Source: an uncultured Pseudomonadales bacterium
GTDB lineage: Bacteria; Patescibacteriota; Microgenomatia; UBA1400; PJMF01
Assembly: GCA_964491115.1 (NCBI GenBank)
Contig: CAZBEW010000002.1
Location: 62-64,061 of the forward strand
DNA: 64,000 bases
Reading direction: 5' to 3'
Below the pieces are notes generated by a model. That model saw only the letters and a list, made by a program, of their open reading frames with translations. It was not told where the DNA came from and did not search any database. This document shows positions 30,051-39,817 of this stretch, in pieces. The first letter of the stretch is position 1. Each line of letters begins with the position of its first letter. A program made the position numbers and the translations under genes.

Positions 30051-31196
30051 ATGCAACAATTTAGCAAAAGTCATTTAACGGCTTTGTGGTCAGTCACTGG
30101 TATTGGTCGGCAAAGTTTTCAGCGTTGTTTATCAGCACAAAAGAAGGCCCAAATCTCTGACGAAGAGTTTTGGGTAAATGCCGAGCAGGTTTGGCAAAAA
30201 GCACTACTAACAAAAAAGCAAGAAGAGTCAATAAAAAAGTTCAAAAAAGAACACAATTATACAGATTACTATCAAGATTTAAAAAAAAAGAAAATTCGGG
30301 TCTTATTGGATCGGGAAGCAGCCTATCCAGCTTTGCTAAAAAGTGCGGAACATCATCCGCCAGTTTTATTTGTCAAAACTCATCAGGAACTAAACAAAGC
30401 TTATTGGCAAAATTTCTTTTTAGCGGTGGTTGGCACCAGGCGTATTACTACTTATGGTTGCTTCATTATCAAAACTTTATTGCGTGATATTTTGCTGGCT
30501 AGTCAAGCAAAACTGGTATCTGGTTTCATGTACGGAGTCGATGTAGAAGCCATGAAAATTGCTCATCAGCTAAGTCAAACCCTAGGGGTTTTAGGTTATG
30601 GCTTTAATTACTGTTACCCAAGACAACAGCAAGCGCTGATGGATAAAATGTTAGAAGAAGGAGCAGTGTTTATTAGTGAATATCCGCCGACAGTACAGGC
30701 TAGCGCTGGCAGTTTTGTGCAAAGAAATCACATTATTGCTGGTTTATCTCAAGCAGTCTTGCTCATTGAAGGAGCTGAAAAAAGCGGTAGCTTGTTAACT
30801 GCTCAAGCCGCCATTGATGAAGGACGACCGGTTTTGGCTGTGCCCGGTGCAATTAGCAATCCTTATTCAGTGGCTTGTCATCACTTAATTAGAGAGGGAG
30901 CTAATTTAGTCAGCAGTGTCGAGGATTTTTACCTAGCTTTAAATTTAAAAAATAAAAACCAGGCAAAGCAGGAAACTAGCGCCTCTGCCTTAAAATCTTC
31001 TTTAGCAAAATTAAAACTTTCAGCTCAAGAAGAAAAAATTCTCGCTGTTTTAAGCAATCGGGGCACAGCTCTCTCTTTTAATGAGTTAATTACCCAAACT
31101 CAATACGAAACCGCTCAATTGGCAGAATATTTATTAAATTTACAAATTAAGCAAATTATTCAACAAGAAGGACAAAATTATATCTTCAAAAACTAA
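30051..31196 (+). CDS. dprA: DNA-processing protein DprA
   Basis: AVVGTR; VSGFMYGVD; RNHIIAGLS; SGSLLTA; AVPG. Confidence 0.93.
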   Translation: MQQFSKSHLTALWSVTGIGRQSFQRCLSAQKKAQISDEEFWVNAEQVWQKALLTKKQEESIKKFKKEHNYTDYYQDLKKKKIRVLLDREAAYPALLKSAEHHPPVLFVKTHQELNKAYWQNFFLAVVGTRRITTYGCFIIKTLLRDILLASQAKLVSGFMYGVDVEAMKIAHQLSQTLGVLGYGFNYCYPRQQQALMDKMLEEGAVFISEYPPTVQASAGSFVQRNHIIAGLSQAVLLIEGAEKSGSLLTAQAAIDEGRPVLAVPGAISNPYSVACHHLIREGANLVSSVEDFYLALNLKNKNQAKQETSASALKSSLAKLKLSAQEEKILAVLSNRGTALSFNELITQTQYETAQLAEYLLNLQIKQIIQQEGQNYIFKN

Positions 31197-31349
31197 GCTC
31201 CATTTGCTTTTTTTTCTATAATCATCTTAAAATGGGGGCTGAGTTTGCATTGCTCACTATAATACAAAGAGAGTAGAATAAACTTTTTAGAAATAAATGA
31301 TGAGTTTAGGAGTAAACAAGGAATTTAGGAATAAACAACGAGGATAATT

Positions 31350-33644
31350 ATGAATTTAGTGATTGTTGAATCACCGACCAAGGCCAGAAAACTCAAAACT
31401 TACTTGGGTAAAGACTTTACTGTAGAAGCCTCAATCGGTCATGTGCGCGATTTGCCAAAAAAGAATCTAGGCATTAATTTGGAAAATAATTATGAAGCGC
31501 TATATGAGGTTAGTAGTGACAAAAAAAAGATTGTTAATAAATTAAAAAAATTAGCTAAAGAAGCTAAAGTTGTTTATTTGGCCATGGATCCAGATCGAGA
31601 AGGAGAGGCGATTGCTTGGCACATTCAGTATTTGCTAGAAAATGATCAGCAGGGCAAAAAAAAGAAAAGCACTGCAAACACCTTTTTGCGTTCGATTTTT
31701 TATGAAATTACCAAGCCCGCAGTCTTAAAAGCAATTGAGCAACCGACGCAACTGAATTTAAATTTAGTTGATGCTCAACAAGCCAGAAGAATTTTAGATC
31801 GCCTGGTGGGCTATAAAGTGTCGCCGGTGTTATGGAAAAAAGTGAGACGTGGTTTATCAGCGGGTCGAGTGCAATCAGTGGCATTGCGCTTAATTGTTGA
31901 GCGAGAAAAAGAAATTCAAGCTTTTCAAAGTGAAGAATATTGGGAATTTGTGGTAGCACTCACTCTTCCTGATTCTTTTAGCCAAGAAGAATTAGCAAAG
32001 TGGCAAGAAGCAGGTCGAATTTTTAGTGATAATAAAGAGCAAACAAATTTACCAAAAGAAATTGTTTCCTTTACTGTTGAAAAACTAGCTGATAAGAAAT
32101 TAGTCATCAAAAATCAAGCTGAAGCAGATCAAGTTGTGAAAGACTTAGCAAGAGCTCAATATCAAGTTAAAGAAGTCAAACAAGTAGAAAAAAGGCGTCA
32201 AAGTTTGCCTCCTTTTACTACTTCTTTACTTCAGCAAGCAGCAGCTACTCGTTTTGGTTTTAGTGCCAAACAAACAATGAGTTTAGCTCAACGTCTTTAT
32301 GAAGAGGGTTTAATTACTTATCATCGTACCGATGCTTTTTATCTAGCCAAAAGTGCTCAAGAGGCTGCTCGTCAATATATAGCGCAAAACTTTGGCCCAA
32401 ATTATATTCCCGATAAACCGCGCTTTTTTAGTAAAAAGAATAAAAATTCTCAAGAAGCTCATGAGGCAATTAGAGCGACAGATTTGGGCATTACTCAAGA
32501 CAATATTAGCCAACACGCTGCTCAATTAAGCGCTAATCATATTAAATTATATGATTTAATATGGCGCCGCTTTGTCGCTTCGCAAATGAGCGAGGCCGTC
32601 TATGATCAAAACACCATTTTGGTCAAAGCGTCGCTTAAAAATAAAGAATATGAATTAAAAGTAGTGGGCTCGGTCATGAAGTTTCCAGGTTGGCAGCGGC
32701 TATTTAGTCAAAAAGATGACTTAATCTTACCAGAATTTACCGTCGGCCAAGATTTAACCTATTTAGCGCAAAATCCTTTACAAAAATTTACCCAAGCACC
32801 AGCTAGATATAATGATGCCTCATTGGTTAAAGAATTGGAAAAAAAGGGTATTGGTCGACCAAGTACTTATGCATCGATTATTTCAGTCATTATCCAACGA
32901 GCTTATGTTGAAAGATTGGAGCGGAAGTTTTTTGCTACGCCCATTGGTATCACTGTTAGTGATTTTTTGTTAGAACATTTTCAAACCTTAATGGATTATG
33001 ATTTTACCGCGACGATTGAAGCTAGCTTAGATGAAATTGCTGCAGGAAATCAAAGTTGGACAAAAGTAGTTGATGAATTCTATCAACCCTTAGCCAAACG
33101 CATTGATTTAGTGAGCAAGGAAGCCAGTCGAGTAGCAGTGCCAGTAGAAAAAACTGGTGAAAAATGTCCTGAGTGTCTGAAATTAGTCAAAGCAGGTGAG
33201 TTAAAAGTAGAAGAAGTTGGTGAAGTGGTGATTCGTACAGGTCGCTATGGAAAATTTAAGAGTTGTAGTCGCTTTCCTGAGTGTAAATACACGGAAAATT
33301 TAGTGGAAACCCTTGGAGATCAACTCTGTCCACTTTGTCAGCAAGCAAAAATTGTTGTCAAAAACACTCGTTGGGGAAAAATGTTTTATGGTTGTGCTGA
33401 TTATCCCAAGTGCCAGTGGGCTTCTTGGAAAAAGCCAGAGCCAAATTTAAAATTAACTGCTGCTGAGTGGGAAGAAATTCAGGCCAAAAGAGCGGCTTGG
33501 AAAGCAGCACGGAGCAAGGGTAAAACAGCAAAAGCTTCGACTAAGAAAAGTAAAACAAAAACTAAAGCAAAAACTGCTAAAGCAAAGCCTGCAAAAACAA
33601 AAACAGCAAAAGCAACAACTAAGCTACAGAAAAAATCTTCATGA
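31350..33644 (+). CDS. topA: DNA topoisomerase I with Zn fingers and Lys/Ala-rich tail
   Basis: IVESPTKA; DPDREGE; SAGRVQS; LITYHRTD; GIGRPSTY. Confidence 0.97.
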   Translation: MNLVIVESPTKARKLKTYLGKDFTVEASIGHVRDLPKKNLGINLENNYEALYEVSSDKKKIVNKLKKLAKEAKVVYLAMDPDREGEAIAWHIQYLLENDQQGKKKKSTANTFLRSIFYEITKPAVLKAIEQPTQLNLNLVDAQQARRILDRLVGYKVSPVLWKKVRRGLSAGRVQSVALRLIVEREKEIQAFQSEEYWEFVVALTLPDSFSQEELAKWQEAGRIFSDNKEQTNLPKEIVSFTVEKLADKKLVIKNQAEADQVVKDLARAQYQVKEVKQVEKRRQSLPPFTTSLLQQAAATRFGFSAKQTMSLAQRLYEEGLITYHRTDAFYLAKSAQEAARQYIAQNFGPNYIPDKPRFFSKKNKNSQEAHEAIRATDLGITQDNISQHAAQLSANHIKLYDLIWRRFVASQMSEAVYDQNTILVKASLKNKEYELKVVGSVMKFPGWQRLFSQKDDLILPEFTVGQDLTYLAQNPLQKFTQAPARYNDASLVKELEKKGIGRPSTYASIISVIIQRAYVERLERKFFATPIGITVSDFLLEHFQTLMDYDFTATIEASLDEIAAGNQSWTKVVDEFYQPLAKRIDLVSKEASRVAVPVEKTGEKCPECLKLVKAGELKVEEVGEVVIRTGRYGKFKSCSRFPECKYTENLVETLGDQLCPLCQQAKIVVKNTRWGKMFYGCADYPKCQWASWKKPEPNLKLTAAEWEEIQAKRAAWKAARSKGKTAKASTKKSKTKTKAKTAKAKPAKTKTAKATTKLQKKSS

Positions 33645-34249
33645 AAATCATGATTTTTGGAGGCAGTTTTAATCCGCCTCATCTTGGTCATCAGCAAATA
33701 GTGAATTCAATTTTAGAAGCAGGTTTGAGTGATCAAGTGTGGTATTTACCAGTGGGTAAACATGATTTTTCCAAGAAAATGATTTCTCCAAAACAACGTT
33801 TAGCAATGCTTGAATTAATTTTACCCAAGCGCGGAGAAAAGTTTTTTGGTCAGGTTAAAATTGAAGATTGTGAAATTCGTTATTTTCCAACCAGCTATAC
33901 AGCCAGCACTCTTGATTATCTAAGTCAGCGCTATCCTCAACATCAATTTTCTTTTTTAATGGGCAGTGATAATTTAGCCAAGTTTCATTTGTGGCAAGAT
34001 CAATTGGGGAGAAATTATCAATATTTATTAAAACATTATCCAATTTATGTATATCCAAGAGTCAATTTTCCATTAACCAGCCCGTATCCAGCAATGATTC
34101 TTTTAGCGCAATTTAGCCCGCTTGAGATTTCCTCAACTCAAGTTAGAGAAGCCTTACAAGCTGCCGATAAAAGAGTAAATTTAACAGAACTACTTGATCC
34201 AAAAATTATCAATTACCTGAAACAAAATCACATCTATGCCACAAGCTAA
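33641..34249 (+). CDS. nadD: Nicotinate-nucleotide adenylyltransferase
   Basis: GGSFNPPHLGH; SYT..TL; MGSD; ISSTQVRE. Confidence 0.88.
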   Translation: MKIMIFGGSFNPPHLGHQQIVNSILEAGLSDQVWYLPVGKHDFSKKMISPKQRLAMLELILPKRGEKFFGQVKIEDCEIRYFPTSYTASTLDYLSQRYPQHQFSFLMGSDNLAKFHLWQDQLGRNYQYLLKHYPIYVYPRVNFPLTSPYPAMILLAQFSPLEISSTQVREALQAADKRVNLTELLDPKIINYLKQNHIYATS

Positions 34250-34547
34250 ATATCAAGTTTATTACCAGAAAATGATTGATGAACATCGAACTTTATTTGA
34301 TAATTTTGCTAAAATCCATCAACAATTTGAACAAGATCAAAGTCAACACGCAGCAGCTTTTCATCAACTAGGTCAACAAGTAGTAGATGTGGTTCGTGAT
34401 TATGATCGACGCCTCTGTGCTGCCATGGGTCGGGGAGTATATAGTGTTTATGCAGATAAATTGTCTCAGAAGTTTTGGGATTTAGTGAGAAAAGATTTTC
34501 CAAAAATTGATTTAGTCGGCGTTAAAATTAAAAAGGTAGCTGTATAA
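34236..34547 (+). CDS. Hypothetical protein
   Basis: 103-aa helical ORF overlapping the nadD stop. Confidence 0.75.
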   Translation: MPQAKYQVYYQKMIDEHRTLFDNFAKIHQQFEQDQSQHAAAFHQLGQQVVDVVRDYDRRLCAAMGRGVYSVYADKLSQKFWDLVRKDFPKIDLVGVKIKKVAV

Positions 34548-34591
34548 TAAACAAGTTGGGTCTTTAATCAAAGCTATGGTATAGTTTTTTT

Positions 34592-35152
34592 ATGAAACAA
34601 AACCCGCATATTATTTCCAATCCCTCAGACATCCAAGCCATTGTCGCCAAAGCTAGAAAAAGTGGCAAGAAGATTGTTTTAACTCAGGGCTCTTTTGATT
34701 TAGTGCACATCGGTCACGCGCGATATTGTGAAAAAGCCAAGTCCTTTGGCGATTTATTAATCGTTGGCGTAGATAGCGATCAGAAAGTTAAAGCTCGCAA
34801 AGGCCAGAATCGACCCATTGTTCCTCAAGATGAACGCATGGAAATGCTGACCCATTTACGCAGCGTTGACTATGTAGTTTTGAAAGAAATTACTGATCCA
34901 AAATTTAATTTAATTAAATTAATAAAACCAGACGTATTAGTGGCCACTAAAAACACTTATGACTCTAGCACGATCCAGAAACTAAAATCCTTCTGTGCTA
35001 AGATCATTGTGTTGGAGCCGATGGCAACTACCAGCACCACCGGTAAAATTCGCTTAATGCAAATCGAAACAGTAAACAGCATTAAAGACAAAATAAGCAG
35101 CAAACTAAGCAAAAGCATTGAAGACGTATTAGCCGAATTCAAAGAAGCTTAA
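34592..35152 (+). CDS. Cytidylyltransferase-family (TagD/RfaE-II/RibL-like) nucleotidyltransferase
   Basis: QGSFDLVHIGH; GVDSD; KG..RPI; ERMEML; TSTT. Confidence 0.9.
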   Translation: MKQNPHIISNPSDIQAIVAKARKSGKKIVLTQGSFDLVHIGHARYCEKAKSFGDLLIVGVDSDQKVKARKGQNRPIVPQDERMEMLTHLRSVDYVVLKEITDPKFNLIKLIKPDVLVATKNTYDSSTIQKLKSFCAKIIVLEPMATTSTTGKIRLMQIETVNSIKDKISSKLSKSIEDVLAEFKEA

Positions 35153-35178
35153 AACGCAAATTGAAAACAAGAAATAAT

Positions 35179-36135
35179 ATGGAAACAGCAATTGCTCTAT
35201 ACATACCCGTTTTACATGAAGGCTATCGCTTATTTTTAGAAAAACATCATCAGAGCAAAAACTTGTTTTTATTTGATCAGCAATTCTTACGCAATTGGCC
35301 AGATTTTGATTATATAAAAAAAGACATTCGAGCACTTGATAGCCAACTAATGAAGCAAGCCATCGAGCAAATTTTTCCGAATTTAGAAATTACAATTATC
35401 AAAGAGCAAAAAGATTGGCAAGAATTTTTACTATGGATCAAAAATAATCAGCGACAGTGGATCCTTAGTAATGATGATTTTGGTCGATATTTAGCTCAAG
35501 AAATTTTGCACGACCAAAAAATTAGCATCAGTTCATATTTTTTACGCTGGGATCGATCAGCTGTTGAACTAGCTCGCCAAGAAAAAACAACAACTAGCCC
35601 AGAAACCCAGTTAGCTGATCGCATAATCGATCAAGCTGGTTTAGAAAAAGAAATGATGAAGGACGCCTTTATCCAGGCTAATTACAGCAATGATTGGTGG
35701 CGTCAAGTTGGAGCCATCTTTGCAAAAGACGGAAAAACATTAATTAGCACTTACAACCAACACTTACCCAGCACCCAAGAACAACATTTTAACGGCGACC
35801 CACGCAGTTTATTTTCATCTGGCGAAGCCATAGAATTAACTAGTTCTATTCATGCAGAAGCGCTCGCTGTCGCTCGCGCCGCCGCTCAAGGCATCGCCTT
35901 AGCTGGCGCAGATTTGTTTGTGACAACCTTTCCTTGCCCAGTTTGTGCCAAACTAATTGCTAAAACAGGCATTAAACGCTTATATTTTAGCGAAGGCTAT
36001 GCTGTTTTAGATGGCTTGGCCGTTTTAAAAAGCGCTGAGATCGAAATTATCCAAGTGCAATTTTCTAAAAAAGAACAAGCAGGGTTATTAAAAACTCAGC
36101 AAACAGCCAGTAATTTAAAAAAACGTTACTCTTAA
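35179..36135 (+). CDS. dCMP-deaminase-family protein with extra N-terminal HUP-like domain
   Basis: C-terminal RQVGA...HAE...PCPVC; N-terminal IALYIPVLHEGY resembles a HIGH motif. Confidence 0.85.
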   Translation: METAIALYIPVLHEGYRLFLEKHHQSKNLFLFDQQFLRNWPDFDYIKKDIRALDSQLMKQAIEQIFPNLEITIIKEQKDWQEFLLWIKNNQRQWILSNDDFGRYLAQEILHDQKISISSYFLRWDRSAVELARQEKTTTSPETQLADRIIDQAGLEKEMMKDAFIQANYSNDWWRQVGAIFAKDGKTLISTYNQHLPSTQEQHFNGDPRSLFSSGEAIELTSSIHAEALAVARAAAQGIALAGADLFVTTFPCPVCAKLIAKTGIKRLYFSEGYAVLDGLAVLKSAEIEIIQVQFSKKEQAGLLKTQQTASNLKKRYS

Positions 36136-36140
36136 ATAAG

Positions 36141-37004
36141 ATGTCTAAAGAAATTGAACATCATCAAGCGGAAGCAGTGCTGACTGATGTTGACTGTACT
36201 TTGCTCAATAGTCGGCGTCAGTTGTCAAAGACAAGCCTAGCCACTATTGAGTGTTATTTGCGCGAACAGCAAAATAATCATAATTTACCGAGACTAGCGC
36301 TCTGTACTGCTCGTCATCCAGCCGCCTTAATTAACACTGTTTTGCCCGTATTTGCTAAAAACGCTCCAGACTCTGTGCATATTGTTTGTGATGGTGCCAT
36401 GTTAATTAACGCCCAAACAGAAGTAATTTCGGAAGAAGCCTTTTCTTCAGCAATTATTAGGCAAATTTGTCAAGATGTTGAAGCGTTGGGTGGCAGTTTT
36501 TCTTTTGGTTTTCAGGATGCTTTTTATTGCGGAGAGGACTTTCTTAAAGAACGGAGCCAGGGCAAGGAATTAATTAAATTTTTACCTTATTCTGCTATTG
36601 CCGAGCATGATAATTGGACAACAACTCTATTAATAATTAATCACCTAAATGAAACAGTAGAAAAATATACTCAGAGTTTACAAAACCAATTTGGTTTTCA
36701 TTTAAGCAAACTTGTTAGCACTTTCAATCATCAACCTTATTACAATCTAACTTTGCCCAATATTTCTAAGGTCAAAGGTGTAGAGAAATGGCTTGAACAT
36801 TATCAATTAAATTCAGACAAACTAATCATGATCGGGGATGGGATGAATGATCTAGAAGTCATGGCCAACAGTATTGGGGTGGCAGTAGCCAATGCTCGGC
36901 CAGAGGTAAAAGAACAAGCCCGATTAATCTTAGACAAATCTAATGATGAAGATGCGGTGGCTTGGTTTCTAAATGAAATTTTAAGTTTATCAGTAGCTAC
37001 TTAG
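36141..37004 (+). CDS. Cof-type HAD phosphatase
   Basis: DVDCTL; CTAR; SK; IGDGMND. Confidence 0.9.
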   Translation: MSKEIEHHQAEAVLTDVDCTLLNSRRQLSKTSLATIECYLREQQNNHNLPRLALCTARHPAALINTVLPVFAKNAPDSVHIVCDGAMLINAQTEVISEEAFSSAIIRQICQDVEALGGSFSFGFQDAFYCGEDFLKERSQGKELIKFLPYSAIAEHDNWTTTLLIINHLNETVEKYTQSLQNQFGFHLSKLVSTFNHQPYYNLTLPNISKVKGVEKWLEHYQLNSDKLIMIGDGMNDLEVMANSIGVAVANARPEVKEQARLILDKSNDEDAVAWFLNEILSLSVAT

Positions 37005-37016
37005 CCTTATCAGTGT

Positions 37017-37484
37017 CTATTTAGCCTTATCAGCACCAATTTTAATCCGAACTGGAACAAAATCTGGATTGGTAAAATCAGGTTCAATCAATTGAATATG
37101 TATGTGACTAATGGTGCCGGCACTATAATCAGTGTCGCCAAAGCGCATTGCCAATCCACCACCTTTAATGGCGTAAGTTTTTTCCATTTCAGCAACTAAT
37201 TCAAATAGTTCTTGACCAGCAGCTGGCGACAAATCACTCAAATTAACGGCATGGACTTTATAAATTAATAAAAAATGATGCTTGGTATTTTTATAGGGCC
37301 ACTGATTCGTTGTGACTATCCAAAATTTGCCTTCTTTAAGAATTGCTTGCTGATGATATTTGGCCAGGTTTTCTCGACAAAAAGGACAATGCTTGGCTTC
37401 AGCAATATTATTCATCACCGACTTTTGCTCTTCTTCTCGAGCATTGGCTAGATTAATAAACTGATTTTTGACTTTTTTTGCCAT
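37017..37484 (-). CDS. HIT-superfamily protein, HxHxQ type
   Basis: CPFC; NQWPY; H...H; ISHIHIQ. Confidence 0.85.
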   Translation of the reverse strand: MAKKVKNQFINLANAREEEQKSVMNNIAEAKHCPFCRENLAKYHQQAILKEGKFWIVTTNQWPYKNTKHHFLLIYKVHAVNLSDLSPAAGQELFELVAEMEKTYAIKGGGLAMRFGDTDYSAGTISHIHIQLIEPDFTNPDFVPVRIKIGADKAK

Positions 37485-37544
37485 GTTTAGACTGTCACTT
37501 TTGCCATGCTTAGACTAGCACTTTTGTCGTGCCTAGACTGCCAC
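37476..37544. repeat. 3 x 23-bp tandem repeat spanning the thyA stop and HIT start
   Basis: TTTTGCCATGTTTAGACTGTCAC / TTTTGCCATGCTTAGACTAGCAC / TTTTGTCGTGCCTAGACTGCCAC. Confidence 0.9.
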
Positions 37545-38405
37545 TGGAATATTCCAAATTCCAGGATGAGCTTGATAATTTTCTAATGTAAAATCTTCTT
37601 TACGAAAAGCAAATAAATCCTTAATCTTTGGATTTATTTTCATTTGTGGAAGAGCTTTAACTTCGCGCTCTAACATAGTTTTGACCGCATCAATTTGATC
37701 CACATAAATGTGAGCGTCAGAAAAACTATGGACAAATTCATAAGCCTCTAAACCTAGAACTTGAGCAATCATCATCGTTAGGGCAGCGTATTGCACCATA
37801 TTTGAAGGGACACCAATGGGGACGTCGGCACTGCGCTGGAACATGTGGAGAGTTAATTTTTGATCAATAATCCGCAAATGAATCCAACCGTGACAAGGAC
37901 ACACTACAACTTTTTGTGTGCGACCTTTAACACGCATAGTGTATTGAGGTATCCAGGGGCTAATGAAATGAGTGCGTAAGTGTGGTTGTTCACGCATTTG
38001 CTGTAAAATATTGGCAAATTGATTATAATTTTCTCCTTCAGCAGTTGGGAAATCATGAAAAGCTGCCCCATAAGATCCGGGACCAAGATCACCAGTTTCC
38101 AGCCCTCTTTTTTTTGCTTTAGCTTCGCTACCCCAAGCTTTCCACCAAAAACAACCATAACTTTCTAGTTCGTCAATGGTTCTAGCTCCATTAATAAAGG
38201 CAATAATTTCGGCAATAGCTTGTTGCCAAATTTTCTCACTTAATTTGCGTTCAGTAATCGCGGGAAAACCTTCAGCTAATTTAAAATGCATGGGTTTTGG
38301 GCCAATAATGCTGAGAGCATCTACTCCCTGAGGAGTACTAACTCTTTGGCCATGATCGAGAATTTCTGCTAAAAGGAGTTGATATTGAGATCGTTGTTTT
38401 TCCAT
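37533..38405 (-). CDS. thyA: Thymidylate synthase
   Basis: GDLGP..YG; PCH; QRSAD..GVPSN..QY; DAHIY; C-terminal VAV. Confidence 0.92.
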   Translation of the reverse strand: MEKQRSQYQLLLAEILDHGQRVSTPQGVDALSIIGPKPMHFKLAEGFPAITERKLSEKIWQQAIAEIIAFINGARTIDELESYGCFWWKAWGSEAKAKKRGLETGDLGPGSYGAAFHDFPTAEGENYNQFANILQQMREQPHLRTHFISPWIPQYTMRVKGRTQKVVVCPCHGWIHLRIIDQKLTLHMFQRSADVPIGVPSNMVQYAALTMMIAQVLGLEAYEFVHSFSDAHIYVDQIDAVKTMLEREVKALPQMKINPKIKDLFAFRKEDFTLENYQAHPGIWNIPVAV

Positions 38406-38444
38406 AACTTCTAATATATCATAAAGCTGCATTTAAGGAATTTT

Positions 38445-39245
38445 ATGAAAGTCATAGCTCTCAAAACCCCCATGATTGCTGTTGGTCAAGAATTAAGACC
38501 AATCATTAATCAAAGTATTAAGGAAAATTTTGCCGATGGTCTACCAGAACGCTCGGTTTTAGTAGTGACCTCTAAGATTATTGCTTATGAACAAGGGCGC
38601 TTAGTCCCAACCCTAGCGGCGCAACAGGGGAGAGAAGTTAGTCGAGAAGAAGAACGAGCTTTTAAGCATGATTTGGTGAGTCAAGAAGCTGACTATTATT
38701 TAGATCCTCATAGTTCTAAATACGATTTAATGTTAACCATTGCCGAAGCCACGCTTATGGTTAATGCGGGCATCGATGAATCCAATGCCAACGACAACTA
38801 TATTTTATGGCCAAAAAATTTGTATGCTGAAGCTGAAAAAATTTGGCGTAATTTGCGAGAGGATTTCGGTGTTAAAGAAGTGGGAGTGATTATCCCTGAT
38901 AGTCGGTCAGTGCCATTGCGTTGGGGAGTGGTGGGGATGTCTTTGGCAAGTTGTGGTTTTCAACCATTAAATAGTCGAGTGGGTGATGAGGATTTATTTG
39001 GTAGAGAAATTAAAATGGTTCAAGTTAATGTCGCTGAGGCTTTGGCCGTGGCAGCAGTCTTGGAAATGGGCGAAGTTGATGAACAAACCCCATTGGCTTT
39101 GGTCACTGACAGCAAGATGGTAGAATTTATGGATCGACCCCTGAACGATCAAGAATTAGCCGCTTTAAGAATCGAAATTGAAGACGACATGTATGGACCT
39201 TTATTAACCCAGGCAAACTGGCAAAAGGGCAAAAGAAATGAGTGA
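38445..39245 (+). CDS. CofE-like gamma-glutamyl ligase (putative FolC2 folylpolyglutamate synthase)
   Basis: VVTSKI; NAGIDESN; DSRS.PLR.G; DLFGR; MGE...TP; overlaps folA. Confidence 0.88.
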   Translation: MKVIALKTPMIAVGQELRPIINQSIKENFADGLPERSVLVVTSKIIAYEQGRLVPTLAAQQGREVSREEERAFKHDLVSQEADYYLDPHSSKYDLMLTIAEATLMVNAGIDESNANDNYILWPKNLYAEAEKIWRNLREDFGVKEVGVIIPDSRSVPLRWGVVGMSLASCGFQPLNSRVGDEDLFGREIKMVQVNVAEALAVAAVLEMGEVDEQTPLALVTDSKMVEFMDRPLNDQELAALRIEIEDDMYGPLLTQANWQKGKRNE

Positions 39246-39816
39246 AAAACTAAGATCACGAATTAAAGACACGCTAATTGTCGCTAGTAGCAAAGATGGT
39301 TACATTAGCCCAGCTGATGGTGTTGAATTGCCCTCAACCAAGTGGACCAGTAAAGAAGATTATCAGTTTTTTACTGAGAAAACTCAAGAAATTGGGGTCA
39401 TGATCATGGGTCGAGCCACTTATGAGACCATTGGTCACCCTTTACCTCGACGGCTAATTATTGTTTTAACCAGTGATAGTGAAAAGCAAAGTGAATTGGC
39501 TAGACGCAAATTAAAAATGGATTATTTGCCCAATAATTTACGTTTTACTAGCAAATCTCCTCAAGAAGTATTGGCAGCCTTAGCCAATGAGGGTTATGAG
39601 CAAGTGGCTCTTTGTGGTGGAGCTAGCTTGTATCAATTGTTTACCGATGAAGATTTGGTTGATGAAATGTTTATCACTATTGAGCCAATTGAATTTGGCG
39701 ATGGCATCAAATTATTCAAAGACAATAAAGTTTTTGGCAATTTTCAATTAGTCAAAGAAATACCGCTAAATCAGCAAGGCACTATTGTTCAACATTGGGT
39801 GAGAAAAGCAGCTTAA
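39238..39816 (+). CDS. folA: Dihydrofolate reductase
   Basis: DGYI; W.SKED; IMGRATYETIGHPLPRR; CGGA; DEMFIT. Confidence 0.88.
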   Translation: MSEKLRSRIKDTLIVASSKDGYISPADGVELPSTKWTSKEDYQFFTEKTQEIGVMIMGRATYETIGHPLPRRLIIVLTSDSEKQSELARRKLKMDYLPNNLRFTSKSPQEVLAALANEGYEQVALCGGASLYQLFTDEDLVDEMFITIEPIEFGDGIKLFKDNKVFGNFQLVKEIPLNQQGTIVQHWVRKAA

Positions 39817-39817
39817 A

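Noticed and set aside
37533-38405. ThyA as a phage-type dCMP hydroxymethylase
   Set aside because: Retains the dUMP-specifying Asn (GVPSN) rather than Asp, and is linked to folA
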